Assembly (NCBI RefSeq): GCF_030028105.1
Contig: NC_092379.1
Span: 22,745,130-22,809,129 of the forward strand
Source: Mobula birostris
Lineage: Eukaryota
Length of the DNA stretch: 64,000 nucleotides
Reading direction: 5' to 3'
Shown in pieces: positions 24,735 through 37,174 of this stretch. The first letter of the stretch is position 1. The number at the start of each line of letters is the position of its first letter. The notes under the pieces are model-generated. The model worked only from the letters and a program-made list of their open reading frames with translations. It made no database searches and had not been told where the DNA came from. A program made the translations under genes and the position numbers.

Positions 24735-25005
24735 TTTATTGGCAAACAGTATAGAATAGGCCCTTCTGGCCCTTCGAGCCACACTGCCCCGGAAACCCGA
24801 TTTAATCCTAGTGTAGTCACAGCACAATTTACAATGACTAATTAAAGTACCAACTGGTATGTCTTTGGACTGTGAGAGGAAACTGGAGTACCCGGTGGAA
24901 ACCCACACATTCTCGGGGAGAAATTACAAATTCCTTACAGGCAGCGACAGGAATTGAACCCCAGGTCACCTGCACAGGAAAGCATTCTGCTAACCACTAC
25001 ACTAC
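24735..25005 (-). mobile_element. tRNA-derived SINE
   Basis: Antisense A-box-like gtagtggttagc and B-box-like ggttcaattcc at ~24950-25000. Confidence 0.65.
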
Positions 25006-25867
25006 TGTGGAAGTGGAATCTGGATAAAGTCACTCAGAGACCGTATAAGTCCAAATTCTTTATTTAAAGCACCCGGGGCTTACTCAGTTAGTCATCCAAA
25101 CAGGAACAGTCCACCAACTAACTCACAATTCCCCTTACAACATGGGTATATTCATTCAGATACCCCTACACATGACAGGCTGGAGTCAAACTTATCTGCT
25201 ACATGACATTCCTGAAAGACAAATTACAGAATAGGCAAAAGGTCTCATACACAGAACAGGCTGGTCTTATCTCTGCACCAAATTGCACAAGGACAAGGAC
25301 CCTGAAACACTAGCTGGCTAACTTCGGGAAGAAATATTGATCAGCATTGAATAGCACATCTGTCGATCATCAACGGATTCTTTCAGAGAAAACAGCCTGC
25401 TATGCTTAACAGACCATGTTAACCCTTTACATACTTCACCACTACCATGCCGCCCCGAATGCTGAGTTCCCCAGCCTATCTGATGGATTCATTGATCAAA
25501 ACTTAAACTTGAGTTGGGTCCTGATGTTTTTGTAACCCAGAGTTCTTCAGCAGTCAAGAAGGGACATTAAAACCCATTGCTTATGACTGTTGAATACTGG
25601 TAGCAGACATTCCGTTAACATCCCATTGCTTAAATTAACCAGTGAGATAGTCCCTATTCGAGCAATGTGACACCCGCCACTGAAACTGAGAGTTTACAGG
25701 AGATACACTGGCAATGGCAACCCACTGAACAATTACATGTATATAGGTAATTATTTAAAAACAAACAAACATAAAAAAGTTAAACTACAAGCCAAATAAC
25801 AATCATACAGTCCAATCCAACAACTGAAAGGGCAAAATTCCCCAAATAATAAGGTAGTATCATCACA
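25006..25867 (-). mobile_element. Solo LTR, family unidentified
   Basis: 862 bp with TG...CA ends and perfect 4-bp TSD CTAC (25002-25005, 25868-25871); minus-strand AATAAA near 25060. Confidence 0.65.
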
Positions 25868-26949
25868 CTACCCTCCTCAGCACAGTTATTTTCAGGTATT
25901 GTGAGATCTATCAATCAGAATTGATTCAGAGTTTAAGGAGACACAAATCCAATTCAGGTAATGTTATTTTATTTAAGGTAAACAGAAAAATCAAATAGCA
26001 AGCTACTGGTCCAAGGCTCTTATAGGAATAAAACTACACATTTTATTGTCCAGATGTCAGAAAGAAAGGTTTAGTATATATATATGTACTTGCAGACCTC
26101 ATCAGCTGACAAACTTTCAATGCCAGATTATTCATCCTCCCTGAATACGCAGGTTTATTATCCTTGATCTTCAGGGCCTGAGAGTTTCCAGGTCAATAAT
26201 AACCCCCCACCCCCCAGCTCCCACAGTGATCCACAGTGATTGTTGTCTGTGTTGCTGTTTCAGTCTAAACTTGATTCACCGGGCAGCCTGCGTTCTCATC
26301 AGCAGACATCAGCTCCAGTTTGTCACACCGGGACTCTGCCCATTGATGGAATGTTGACAAGGCAGTCTGTGACGTCTTTTAGTTTCTCCTTATTTTCCAC
26401 TTTATTGCTGCCAATTCACAATCATCTGATCACCTGAACTACAGTCATCAGGATGGACTTCTGTGCTCAGTCTGAGAAAACACACTTTCAGTTGTTGGTG
26501 GGAGTCTCCCAACTGCTTCAGAACATAAAATGCAGGTGTACATATTTTTGAACTGCTCATTCCCATAACATAATCAATAAATCAATCAGTAACAGTCAAT
26601 CATCATTACAGTGAGCCTGTTTCTGACATGTGACAAATGCTCTGTAATGAGGAGAGGGTCTTGCTGTCTCTGCATATTTTCCCCTTTGGTTTTGATTCAT
26701 TTTGTCTCATTCTGTGTGGTAAACGTGAACCTGTTGGTTGGTGCAAAGCACAACATTAGAATTGTATTTCCATATGTAAAGCAGTGTGTTTATTCTTTTT
26801 AGTAACACAGCTCCACTGGGAGGGCCCCCTGCTCAAATTAAACCTGCCTGTGAAACCTGAGAGGAAGTGTAAGGACTGAATGTTAATGTTATCACAGAGT
26901 TTCAGACATCTGTCAGCTATTAATAACAAATGTTACTGAGCTTCAAGTA

Positions 26950-27480
26950 AACCTACAACACAGAACAGTACAGCACATGAACAGGCCCTTCAGCCCATGA
27001 TGACTGTGACAACCACAATGCCCAATTAATCTAAACCGAACTATCTGCACAGAATCCATATCCCTCCGTATCCTGAATGGTCTTGTGCCTTTTCAAATGT
27101 ATCTCAACTGCACTATCATGCTGATTCACCACCTCTCCTGCCAGTGCATTCCAGGCACCTATCACTCTCTGTGTAAAAATATAACCCACAAATCTCCTTT
27201 GAATGTTACACCCCTCACCTTAAATCTTTGTCCTTTTGGAAATGACATTTTACCCTGGGAAAATGACTCTGACTGTCGACCCTATTGATGACTCTTATAC
27301 TTTTTTAAGCCTCTATTAGGTTGCCTCTCAGCCTACGCACCAGAGTAAACAGTCAAAGATTGTTCAACTACACCTTACAGCTAATATTCTCCAATCCAGG
27401 CAACATACTTGTGAATGTCTTTTACACCCTCTCCAAAGCCTCCACATCCTTCTTTCAATGGAGCAACCAGAACTGAGGGT
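26950..27480 (-). mobile_element. CR1 LINE 3' end fragment
   Basis: Antisense of the CR1 3' end (cacagaacagtacagcac..aacaggcccttcagccc). Confidence 0.65.
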
Positions 27481-28386
27481 TCATGAAGTTTCACTCAGGT
27501 TAATGCAGGCATGAAAAACTATGCTTTAACTTGGACAAAAAGCAATCTGCACTCTCCTCCTATGCAATCCCATGAAATTCTCCCAGCAGGGAATCTGTCT
27601 CCTTGATGCTGGAATGTTCTCAGTTCAACTTTTGGGCTTGTTCCTGTGAAAAAAAGGGGTCATTTTTGGCCTCATTAGTAATATGTGACAGGTTTAGTTG
27701 CTCAAATACACCCTGGATAGGAGGGTCATGAGAAGGTTGAAGGGTAAAGCATATTTCCACGTCACAGATGATAAAAATACCTGATAGGGTGGAGGCGAAA
27801 GTCTTCAGGGGGATTACAACTATTGTAAATAATCTCCAACTTGGATTATTCATCCAGAGGATGGAGAGGATGTGGATCTCTCCCACAGAAGTGAATGTGG
27901 GGAAAGGGAACAGAAGGAGAAATTAACCCAGTTGCACAAAGATGGAGTGACTGGAGGTTTGTGTGGACAATAAACAATGGCATGAAATAATTGGTCTGAA
28001 TCTGCTCCTGTGCTGTATGTTTCATTTAACTCTGTGTTGTACCAGAGTCACAGGAGAGAAACAAAATTTATCGTTTCCTTTCCTTCACCATGTTCCTTTC
28101 CCACTCTCTTTATCTGTTCCTGAGGCTTCCACTCTCCTGTTCCTCCCACACGTTCTGCATATCGACATTCTCTCTCATTTCGTCTTTCCACTTTCTCTCA
28201 CCTCCCCTCATCAATTCCTCCCCATTTCATTCTTTTCCACTTCATGTCTCTTATCCTCTTCCTCCTTCACTCTCTCTGTATGTTCCTCTCTCTTTATTTT
28301 CCCTTCACCTTTCTGTCCATCACCCAATCCCAAACTCTTTCTCAGGAACTGTTGTTTCTCAGTGGCAGCAGTTGGGCCCAGACTGG

Positions 28387-29229
28387 TGTTACGTACCCTG
28401 TAACTGGGTTGCCAAACCAGCAGAAATGGACCACTTAGTTGGAGTCTGGATTACTGGAACTAAGAAAGTTTTATTAAATAAATAAGTAACACAGTACTCT
28501 AATAGTAAGGATATAAATGCAACAGGTTAGTAATGAATAAAGACACATGTGCACAGAACTAGGATAATAGGAATCAATCAAGCTCTATCGCAGTCTAGGG
28601 GTAAAATGATCAGTCTTACAGTGACACAGAGTTCAGTTCAGTTTCAGTTCGCAGTAATCGCCGTCGTGCCATGGGGGGGGAGAGAGAGAGAGAGAGAGCG
28701 AATGCTGATATTCAAAACGGATTCAACAGACCTTTGATATTCCTCGCAGTTAGCTTTCGGCGCAAGCCCTTTTTAATGTCTTCTGAGGTCACCAACTGTG
28801 ACCCTTCCGTTCCAGATACAATCGTTCTTCTGCGGTGAACCCGGCACCCAGGCAAGGGTGGACACACACACCAGGTTCCCGCTGATCGTACCGTCTCACC
28901 CTGTGCGTCTATGGTTGGTCCCGCGTCAGACCACCAAAACTCCCACCAACTTGTGGGGGCGCACCGCACTTCCAGGGTCTCGTGGTGTCGTGGTGTTGTG
29001 GTGTGTGTTTTGCCTTAGCGAACCTGTTCCTTTTATCCCCTTGCTGGGGTATCGCCTGTCCATCAAACTTCAAACAGTTCAGGTTCAAAGCAACCGGTCT
29101 CTGACAATACTCGGAACTGTGTCTCCTTTTCATTAATCCCTCTCGTCTCTCTCTTATTAGCATTTTGAATGTTTCCCCCATTTGTCTCTCTCTTATCGGC
29201 ATCTTCTGATAACTTGGTCTGTTGTCACA
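28387..29229 (-). repeat. Gypsy 3' LTR
   Basis: 843-bp direct repeat of 32576-33413. Confidence 0.95.
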
Positions 29230-29400
29230 CCCCTACCCTTCAAAGGATTTTTACCGGGGTAAAAATTATAGGCATGAATACAGTATTAGATACACACAAG
29301 TATACATGTTCATCAGCTATTTGGCTAATACAGAGAATTTTAAGTTGCCAACACCTTGACAGACAGTCAGCAATCACATTTTCCGTTCCTTTCATATGTG

Positions 29401-29925
29401 TTATTTTAATAATCCTCTAAAACCAGGCTCCAACTTAACAAATTTCATAGTGGCCAAAAATACTAATGAGTTGTGATCAGTGTAACTTCTCAGTGGTTTT
29501 CGTCCCGGACACAGATAACAAGGGTCATCCCATACCAACTTAGCATTCTTTGGCAAGAGTTTAGTAAGAGGGTGGGTAATATCCGCAAAGTTCTTGCAAA
29601 ACTTCCTATAGTACCCCACCATCTCCAAGAATCTTCTCAGGGCTCTCTTGTCTGTCGGGGTTGGGACATCGGAGATAGCCTGCACGTTAACTTGTATCGG
29701 TGCCAGCTGCCTCTGTCTTACCACAAATCCCAGATAAGTGATTTTTCCGTGGCCGAATTCACTTTTTGCGAGGTTCACTGTCAGGCTGGCTTTAGACACC
29801 CGTTTAAACAGTGCCACAATGTGCTCTTCCCACGTGTCACTCCAGACCACTACATCGCCAATATACACTTCTGTGTTCTTTAGCCCTTTTGTCACTGAAT
29901 TAATCATTCTATAGGGGAGTTGCAC
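29401..29925 (-). pseudogene. pol: Gypsy RT C-terminal half and RNase H remnant
   Basis: YIGDVVV (YxDD altered), YLGF, RRFLEMVGYYRKF, YTDHNSL; large deletions on both sides. Confidence 0.8.
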
Positions 29926-30494
29926 ACTAGGCTGACCTGATGTGACAACAACTCCATGTCCCAGCTCTTTGCATCACCTCGGGACATCTGGAACTACGTG
30001 TGCGTGCCGTTTAATTAGCTCTCTTAATGGGTCGCTTTGTTCGGGGATTAAGGGAGAGACCTTATCAGCAAAACTGGTCAAAACAATAGACATCTTCCAT
30101 CTGGTCGGCCTCATACTTATCTTTTCAAAATGGGTTTTCCCCTTATCAGGTGGCACCCTAGCCTCATTAATTTTTGTGATAACACCGACTAAGTTTGTTC
30201 GCCTATCGTGGCAAGCTGTTGGCATATCAAAAGCCTGTAACTGTATCAGCTCACGTCTGCAATAGTCAATATCATCCTTCCTCCTGTGCAGTCAGTAAAA
30301 CTCTTTCATGATTCCGCCGACTGTTTTCCTCCCCCCAAAATGTCCACCGAGGGGTATCTTGTGGGCCAGGTTAAGAATCTCATCCCCATAAATTTTTGGC
30401 ACCATCCCTCATTCCTCATCTGTGGGCATGGTACTTGGTCTCCCTTTCTTCCTCAGCACTCCCTCCTCCACACGATAGCCTACTGGCTCCCTTT

Positions 30495-32476
30495 TTAATT
30501 CTGCTTCAGAGAAAGTGTTTCCGCCAAAACTATCAGCTCCTCGTCTCGCTCCTGTGTCTGTACAAAGTCCTTCCTTGCTAATGCTAAGTCTGCCTCAACT
30601 CCCTCACTTCCTCTTGTTTCACTACGCTCCTTCTTTTCACTTTCTAACCCCCCCCCCCCCCCCCCCCGGTACAAGGCTGGTAAAAACGTCTCAGCTAATT
30701 CTATAGTTACTTCGGCAGCCTTTCTGGACACAGGCCGAGTCACTGCGCAAACGGGATAAACCTGTGAGTCCATGGGCGGGGCCTCAATCCTGGCAGGCTG
30801 GCCTGTCAGTTTTACTGCTGAGAACACATTTCCGCCGGCGAGGTCATTACCGAGTAAGACCTCCACGTCTCTCATCGGTAGTTCGGGCCTCACCCCGATC
30901 ATGACCAGTCCGGAGACCAAGTCGCTTTTTAGGTGTATCTGGTGCAAAGGTACTGCTTCAGTCCCTTTCCCAATGCCTTTTATCACTCTGACCTCCCCAG
31001 TCTCGGTCTCTGAACTAAAGTCTAAAACACTCCTTAAGATCAGTGACTGACAAGCTCCAGTGTCTCTCCAGATCCGTACTGGAACCGGGTTTAACCCCTC
31101 CTTCACCGACACCAATCTGGCCGAGATAAACCTCTCGCGCCCTTCCTGAACTTTGTCAGACCTCTTCTCTCCTAGTGGTTTGCTTACCAGCTCAATACAG
31201 CCAGTCGGAACCGCCGTTTTGCCTTTCCCCACCTCCTTCTTTGGGGCAAAGCACCTGGACGCAAAGTGTCGGACTTTCCCACAATTATAACATACGACCC
31301 CAGGAGACTTCCTACCAAACTGCTCCCAGTCTACCTTATCCTTCTCACTAGTCCCCAGTTTACTTTCTGACACTTCTGGCAAACTCTCCCCGCCGTCCTG
31401 ACTACCCTTCTGGTAGCCTTTACTCGGGGCAAACTTCGTTTTATGTGTCAACGCGTACTCATCCGCTAACTTAGCAGTTGCGGCTAAAGTGTCTGCCTCT
31501 TTCTCATCTAGGTAGGGTCTCATACCTTCAGGGACACAACCTTTAAACTGCTCAATCGGGATTAGCTGTAGCAGTCTGTCATAATCCCCGTTGACCCCTT
31601 TCGAGGCGGACCAACGCTCACAATAAGTCTGCAGCTCATGGGCAAACTCTAAATACGTGCGGCCCCACTGCTTCCTCGCATTCCGGAACCTCTGCCGGTA
31701 TGCCTCCGGGACCAACTCATAAATCCTGAGGATGGCCTTTTTCACCACCTCATACTTCTGGGCATCTTCTGCGGACAAAGCCGAGTAAGCTTGTTGGGCT
31801 TTTCCTTTAAGTACACTCTGAAGCAAAACAGCCCACTTATCCCTCGGCCAGTCCTGACTTACAGCAACTTTTTCAAAATGTAGAAAGTATCGATCAACAT
31901 CGGTCTCGTCAAATGGGGGAACCAGCCTAACCTCCTGGGTCGCCCTAAACCCTCCACCTTGGTTCGGCATGGGCCCCTGCGCTGCCCTCATCTTTATCCT
32001 CTCCAGCTCGAATTCCCTTTCCCTCTGTTTCTCTTCTCACTCCAACTGTTTGTCCCTCTCTTCTCGCTCCAACTGCCTCTGTCTCTCTTGCCGTTCTAAC
32101 TGTCTCTCTCTCTCTTGCCGTTCTAACTGTCTCTCTCTCTCTTGCCGTTCTAACTGTCTCTCTCTCTCTTGTCGTTCTGTTTCTCTTCGTGTTCTAGCTG
32201 CCGTACCCGGAACTCGTGCTCAAGTCTCAATTTTTCAAGCTGCACCTGTACTGCGTCTCCACCAGGTTTTCCAATAGATATCACCTCCAGCTCCCCTTGG
32301 GGAAACACACCTTTCGACACATAATGCTCCATGATAGCTCTGTGCATCTTCTCTCTCCTCATTGTCGACTTCCCCTTAAAAAGATTCAATCGTTTGGCCA
32401 CAGCTGCCAATTCCGCTTTCCTGGCATCCTCTAATGCCTCCGAGGTCGGCACCTTTAGAAATTCCTCAATCTCCAT
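30495..32476 (-). pseudogene. gag: Gypsy gag-protease (SCAN/capsid-like, zinc knuckle, aspartic protease)
   Basis: ORFs 32150-32476 and 30495-31991 (498 aa): RLVPPF..YFLHFEK..LVPEAYRQRFR, CYNCGKVRHFASRC, WRDTGACQS. Confidence 0.85.
32060..32180. repeat. ~27-bp tandem repeat (about 4 copies) inside Gypsy gag coiled coil
   Basis: Unit ctctctctcttgccgttctaactgtct. Confidence 0.8.
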
Positions 32477-32575
32477 TTCTGCTGTTTGCCTTTTCTTTCT
32501 TTCGGGAATTTTAACCCAATCAATTTACCCCGTCCCAAATTTAGCATTCAAAATCGCGGACGAGAACCCCACTTA

Positions 32576-33413
32576 TGTTACGTACCCCGTAACTGGGTTG
32601 CCAAACCAGCAGAAATGGACCACTTAGTTGGAGTCTGGATTATTGGAACTAAGAAAGTTTTATTAAATAAATAACACAGTACTCTAATAGTAAGGATATA
32701 AATGCAACAGGTTAGTAATGAATAAAGACACATGTGCACAGAACTAGGATAATAGGATCAATCAAGCTCTATCGCAGTCTAGGGGTAAAATGATCAGTCT
32801 TACAGTGACACAGAGTTCAGTTCAGTTTCAGTTCACAGTAATCGCCGTCATGCCGTTGGGGAGAGAGAGAGAGAGAGAGAGCGAATGCTGATATTCAAAT
32901 CGGATTCAACAGACCTTTGATATTCCTCACAGTTAGCTTTCGGCGCAAGCCCTTTTTAATGTCTTCTGAGGTCACCAACTGTGACCCCTCCGTTCCAGAT
33001 ACAATCGTTCTTCTGCGGTGAACCTGGCACCCAGGCAAGGGTGGACACACACACCAGGTTCCTGCCGATCGTACCGTCTCACCCTGTGCGTCTATGGTTG
33101 GTCCCACGACCAGACCTCCAAAACTCCCACCAACTTGTGGGGGCACACCGCACTTCCAGGGTCTCGTGGTGTCGTGGTGTTGTGGTGTGTGTTTTGCCTT
33201 AGCGAACCTGTTCCTTTTGTACCCTTGCTGGGGTATCGCCTGTCCATCAAACTTCAAACAGTTCAGGTTCAAAGCAACCGGTCTCTGACAATACTCGGAA
33301 CTGTGTCTCCTTTTTGTTAATCCCTCTCGTCTCTCTCTTATTAGCATTTTGAATGTTTCCCCCATTTGTCTCTCTCTTATCGGCATCTTCTGATAACTTG
33401 GTCTGTTGTCACA
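32576..33413 (-). repeat. Gypsy 5' LTR
   Basis: 838 bp, adjacent to the PBS. Confidence 0.95.
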
Positions 33414-33479
33414 CCGGTCACCTATGGTCAGGTATATCAGATCGTCAGAATCAACTAGTTTCTGCCTTCACTCCCATCA

Positions 33480-34400
33480 GTATCAGAAGCAGGTTTAATA
33501 TCACTGATATATGTCGCGAAATGTGTTGTGTTGTGGCAGCAACACAGTGCAACACATAAAAATCATAAATTACAATGAGATACATGTATATATAACTCAT
33601 GCAAATCCAGAGCAAAAATAGGAGGTAGTGTTCATAAGTTGGTTCAGTGTCTGTTCAGAAATCTGATGGCAGAGGGGAAGAAGCTGTTCCTGAAATGTTG
33701 AGTGTGTGTCTCCAGGCTCCTGTACCTCCTCTCTGATGGTAGTAATAAGAGGAGAACATGTCCGGTATGATGTGGGTCTTTAATGATGGATGTGGCTTTT
33801 TGAGGCATTGCCTTTTGAAGATGTCCTCAGTGCTGGGGAAGATGGTGCCCGTGATGGAGCTGGCTGAGTTTGCAACTCTCTGCAGCTTTTTCTGATCCTG
33901 TGCAGTGGCCTGTCTGTACCAGACAGTGAGGCAACCACATCCAATGCTCTCCATGGTACATCCGTAGAAATTTGTTAGAGTATTTGATGAAACACCAAGT
34001 CATCTCAAACTCCTAATGAAATTTAACCTCTAATGTTCTTTCTTTGTCATTTCATCAATAAGTTGGACCCAGGATAGATCTTTAGCGATGTTGACAGCCA
34101 GGAATTTGAAACTGCTCACCCTTTCCACTGCTGATCCCTCAATGATACCTGGTGTGTGTCTCCCCACATTCCCTTTCCAAAGGCCACAGTCAATTCATTA
34201 TTCTGACCGACATTGAGTGAAGGTCGTCAGTGTGACACCACTCAACCAGCCAATCGATCTCACTTCTGTACCCCTCCTCGTCACCATCTGAGATTCTGCC
34301 AACAACAGACAAATGTGAAGATGGCATTTGAGCTGTGCCGAGCCACACAGTCATGGGTGTAGAGAGAGTAGAGTGGAGCATGCCCCATATCTCACTTCAG
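33480..34400 (-). mobile_element. Rex/Babar-like LINE 3' fragment
   Basis: ORF 33655-33954 (ESIGCGCLTVWY..KKLQRVANSASSITG) and 34190-34381 (VVGRISDGDEEGYRSE). Confidence 0.7.
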
Positions 34401-34496
34401 AATGGGACAGAGGCAGTGGGAGCTGGAGTGGGATAGCCAGCTGTGAGACGTTCAACTTGCAGCTGTAAGCTGAGAAAGTTTGAACAACCTGGAATG

Positions 34497-34735
34497 GCCA
34501 GCTGGTGGAGTAGTGGCATCAGTGCTGGACTTCAGGGTGAGAGGTCCTGAGTTCGAATCCGGCCGGCTCCCTTGCACGGTCGAGTGTCGAGCTAACAACT
34601 CGACCTCATAAAAAAAATCCTGGAGGGGGATGGGCTCCACCAAGTTTCAGATGCCCAATACACGCCGTACGATAAGCATACCGAGAAAGCTTGTCATGAC
34701 GGTGCCCCGACGACACACACACAATAAATACAAGC
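34497..34735 (+). mobile_element. tRNA-derived SINE (same family as the CH1 insertion)
   Basis: ggccagctggtggagtagtgg A-box-like and gagttcgaatcc B-box; similar to 48662-48910. Confidence 0.7.
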
Positions 34736-36057
34736 CAATGGTAGGTCAAGGCAGGAACATATGAAAATACTCAGGTGTGCTGAGAAACATAAGGAGGTAA
34801 ACTGTCCACAGTCACAGAGGTTATTGTTTGGTGAGCTCGTGTTTCAAGAGAGGTCTTGTTTCTGCTGTGTCAGCTGACTGACACAGATTCCATAAGGGAA
34901 TAACCAATCCCAATGGACAGAGAGGGAATGTGGAAGGTTTACTTTGGGTGAGAGATCCCTGGTGGGTGTGGGTTCTAATTAATCCTAAGGATGAATTTAA
35001 GCTGAATGTCTCAGTGTGCTACAGTTAATGGGGAAAATAGGGATACACATGGGTGGATATTACACTGCTATGGAGTAGAGATCAAAGTAGACCACATCTG
35101 GAGCACTGGCTGTGATTGTTGACATCACCCCTCAGGAAGGATGTTTTTTCCTTGGAGAGGAGTTGTGTGGGTGAGGCACAGTGAAGTGCTGCTGGGACTG
35201 TGATAGAATATTAGGTCTGGTCTCTTGTTCCCTGGAGTGTGGAAAATTGAAGGCCAGTGTAATTGGGGAGTTTAAAAACATTCAAGAATGGTGCAAAAGA
35301 AGCATCTGTTACTTCAAGATATACAGGGCATTGGAAATCTGGAACTCTCCCTGGGAAATGGTCAAGACTGGGTGGGCGGGTGGGAGGTGTCAGTTGAAAT
35401 ATCAAAATTAATAGAATTTTGTTTGAGTTCAGTTATTAAAATATGAGCCAAGGAGGGTAAATGGAGATCGGACGTAGGTCAGCTTTGGAGGGAATAGACG
35501 GAAGGGCTGAGCAATCTCCTTCTGACACTCAGTGCACGGGATAAATTTGAACAGAATCTCTGTGTGCAGCTGTTGATTTACCAGAAACACATTTCATATT
35601 CTCATTCTTGACAGGTGGATGAAACTGGGCAGCGATATAGGGGGTACTTCCCTCTCAGCTTCCTGTCGGAGAAATGGCTTGACTTAATCCAAGCAGGGAG
35701 CCTTCCAGAGGAAATAGGCTTGCTAGAAAGAATAACCTCGCTGCTCAAGGCATGGAAATACTTTTTTGATTCAGGGGCCAATACCAATAAACAATTCAGG
35801 GGTCAATACCAATAAACAATTCCTGTATTTTTGGAAAAGCGGATTGACTCATGGGCTGAAAGTCTGAAGGGAGAAGGGGTCCATGCAAGTATGGAGACAT
35901 CTGTCCTCTGGGAAGTAACAACATGAACCTGACTTCAACCAATCTTAAATATCGGGTTCTATGGGAGGAAAACAGAGATTGTCTCAGATTGAAGGTGGTA
36001 CTTATTTATGCTGCAAGCAGGAAATTTGTGCTCTGGCCCAATGCCATTAAACTGATG

Positions 36058-36590
36058 GTGTCACAATGGGGAGCATTGGGAACGGACCCAAATGCAAGGC
36101 ACAGACACTGAAGTACTAGGTACAGGACTTCACTAGAGTAGGGACATGACAGGATACAGACAAAGAGCAGGGACAAGAATGCAGACTAGGGCTAGGACAT
36201 GGACTAGACAGGGAACCTGGACAAGGAATCATGAACTAGGAGCCTGGGCTTGGGAAGGTGGGACCAGGACTAGGAACCATGAACTAGGAGCCTGGGCTTG
36301 GACTCTGAGCCAGAGACCGGACAAGGACCCAGAACCTGGGTCTTGCCCCGGGCTCAGACCCCAGAACAAGGCAAGGACATGACATGGCTACAGGACGGGG
36401 CTGGGGTCTTGGGGTCTTGAGGCTACTTATATTCCAAGCCCCAAGCAGATGCCTATGATTAATCCAACCGAAACGAGAGGCAGCTGGAAGACCCAGAGTC
36501 CTGAGTCCACGGACCGGACAGTGAACTGGAATGCGGAGTTGGCAGACCGGATCATGGCAGATGGTTCCAATTAAACTGCTCCAGTACAGA
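36058..36590. mobile_element. Probable LTR-element fragment with internal duplication
   Basis: Begins TGTCAC; ~31-bp duplicate ggaa(t/c)catgaactaggagcctgggcttgg at ~36224 and ~36273; no partner LTR or TSD found. Confidence 0.35.
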
Positions 36591-36894
36591 TGCAATACTG
36601 ACATCTACACGAGGATGGGAAAAATTGCCCAGTATGTCCATTCTTGAATACAGGACAAATTTAATCTGACAATAATGGCCGAATTTGTCTACTCAATGTT
36701 TAGTAAAGTGATGGAAGCCATAGTCGACAGTGTTGGAAAGTGGCACTTACTCACCAAATAACCTAATCACTAGTGACCAGTTTAGGCTTTACTGGGACCA
36801 CTTGGTTTCTCCTTGATCAATCTTGTTGTCTTATCTGTTGCTGTCAATGCCTCTGGCAACATTCCAGATATCGACCACAATTTTGCTTCAAATT

Positions 36895-37170
36895 TCATTT
36901 GTACTTTTCCTCTCTCATCTGAAATCTCTGCCCTCTGGCATTTGATATTTCTGCTCTAGAGAAAAGTCTGTGACTATCTATGCTTCTCATAAATTTACAT
37001 ACTTCTCTCAGTCCATCCCACAGTCTCCAATGCTCCAGCAAAAACAGTCCAAGTTTATCCAACCTTTCCTCGCAGCTAATATGCTCCAATCCAAACAACA
37101 CTCTACTGAATCTACTTTTCACCCTCGCCAAAGCATCCACATCATTCCAGTAATGCAATGACTGGAACTT
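36895..37170 (-). mobile_element. CR1 3' fragment
   Basis: ORF 36895-37197 (YEERL-like CEERLDKLGLFLLE). Confidence 0.65.
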
Positions 37171-37174
37171 TACC

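Larger units (their letters stand above)
28387..33413 (-). mobile_element. Gypsy LTR retrotransposon, Gmr1-like domain order, internally deleted
   Basis: LTRs 28387-29229 and 32576-33413 (TG...CA); TSD CTGG/CCGG (28383-28386, 33414-33417); tRNA-Pro-like PBS 32553-32571; PPT gaagggtagggg next to 29229; gag with SCAN/CA-like domain and CCHC, protease DTG, IN zinc-finger remnant, then RT remnant. Confidence 0.92.

Noticed and set aside
26222-26250. Tandem CACAGTG heptamers as an orphan RSS or D segment
   Set aside because: No nonamer at 12 or 23 spacing on either strand and no V/J-like coding sequence adjacent.
27963-28485. Leu/Ser/Phe-rich ORFs (146 and 131 aa)
   Set aside because: Translations of a CT-rich low-complexity tract running into an LTR; the same applies to 51350-51883.
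35615-35815. 66-aa ORF after an AG acceptor as a host exon
   Set aside because: No recognisable motif, no partner exons, ends in a short local duplication.
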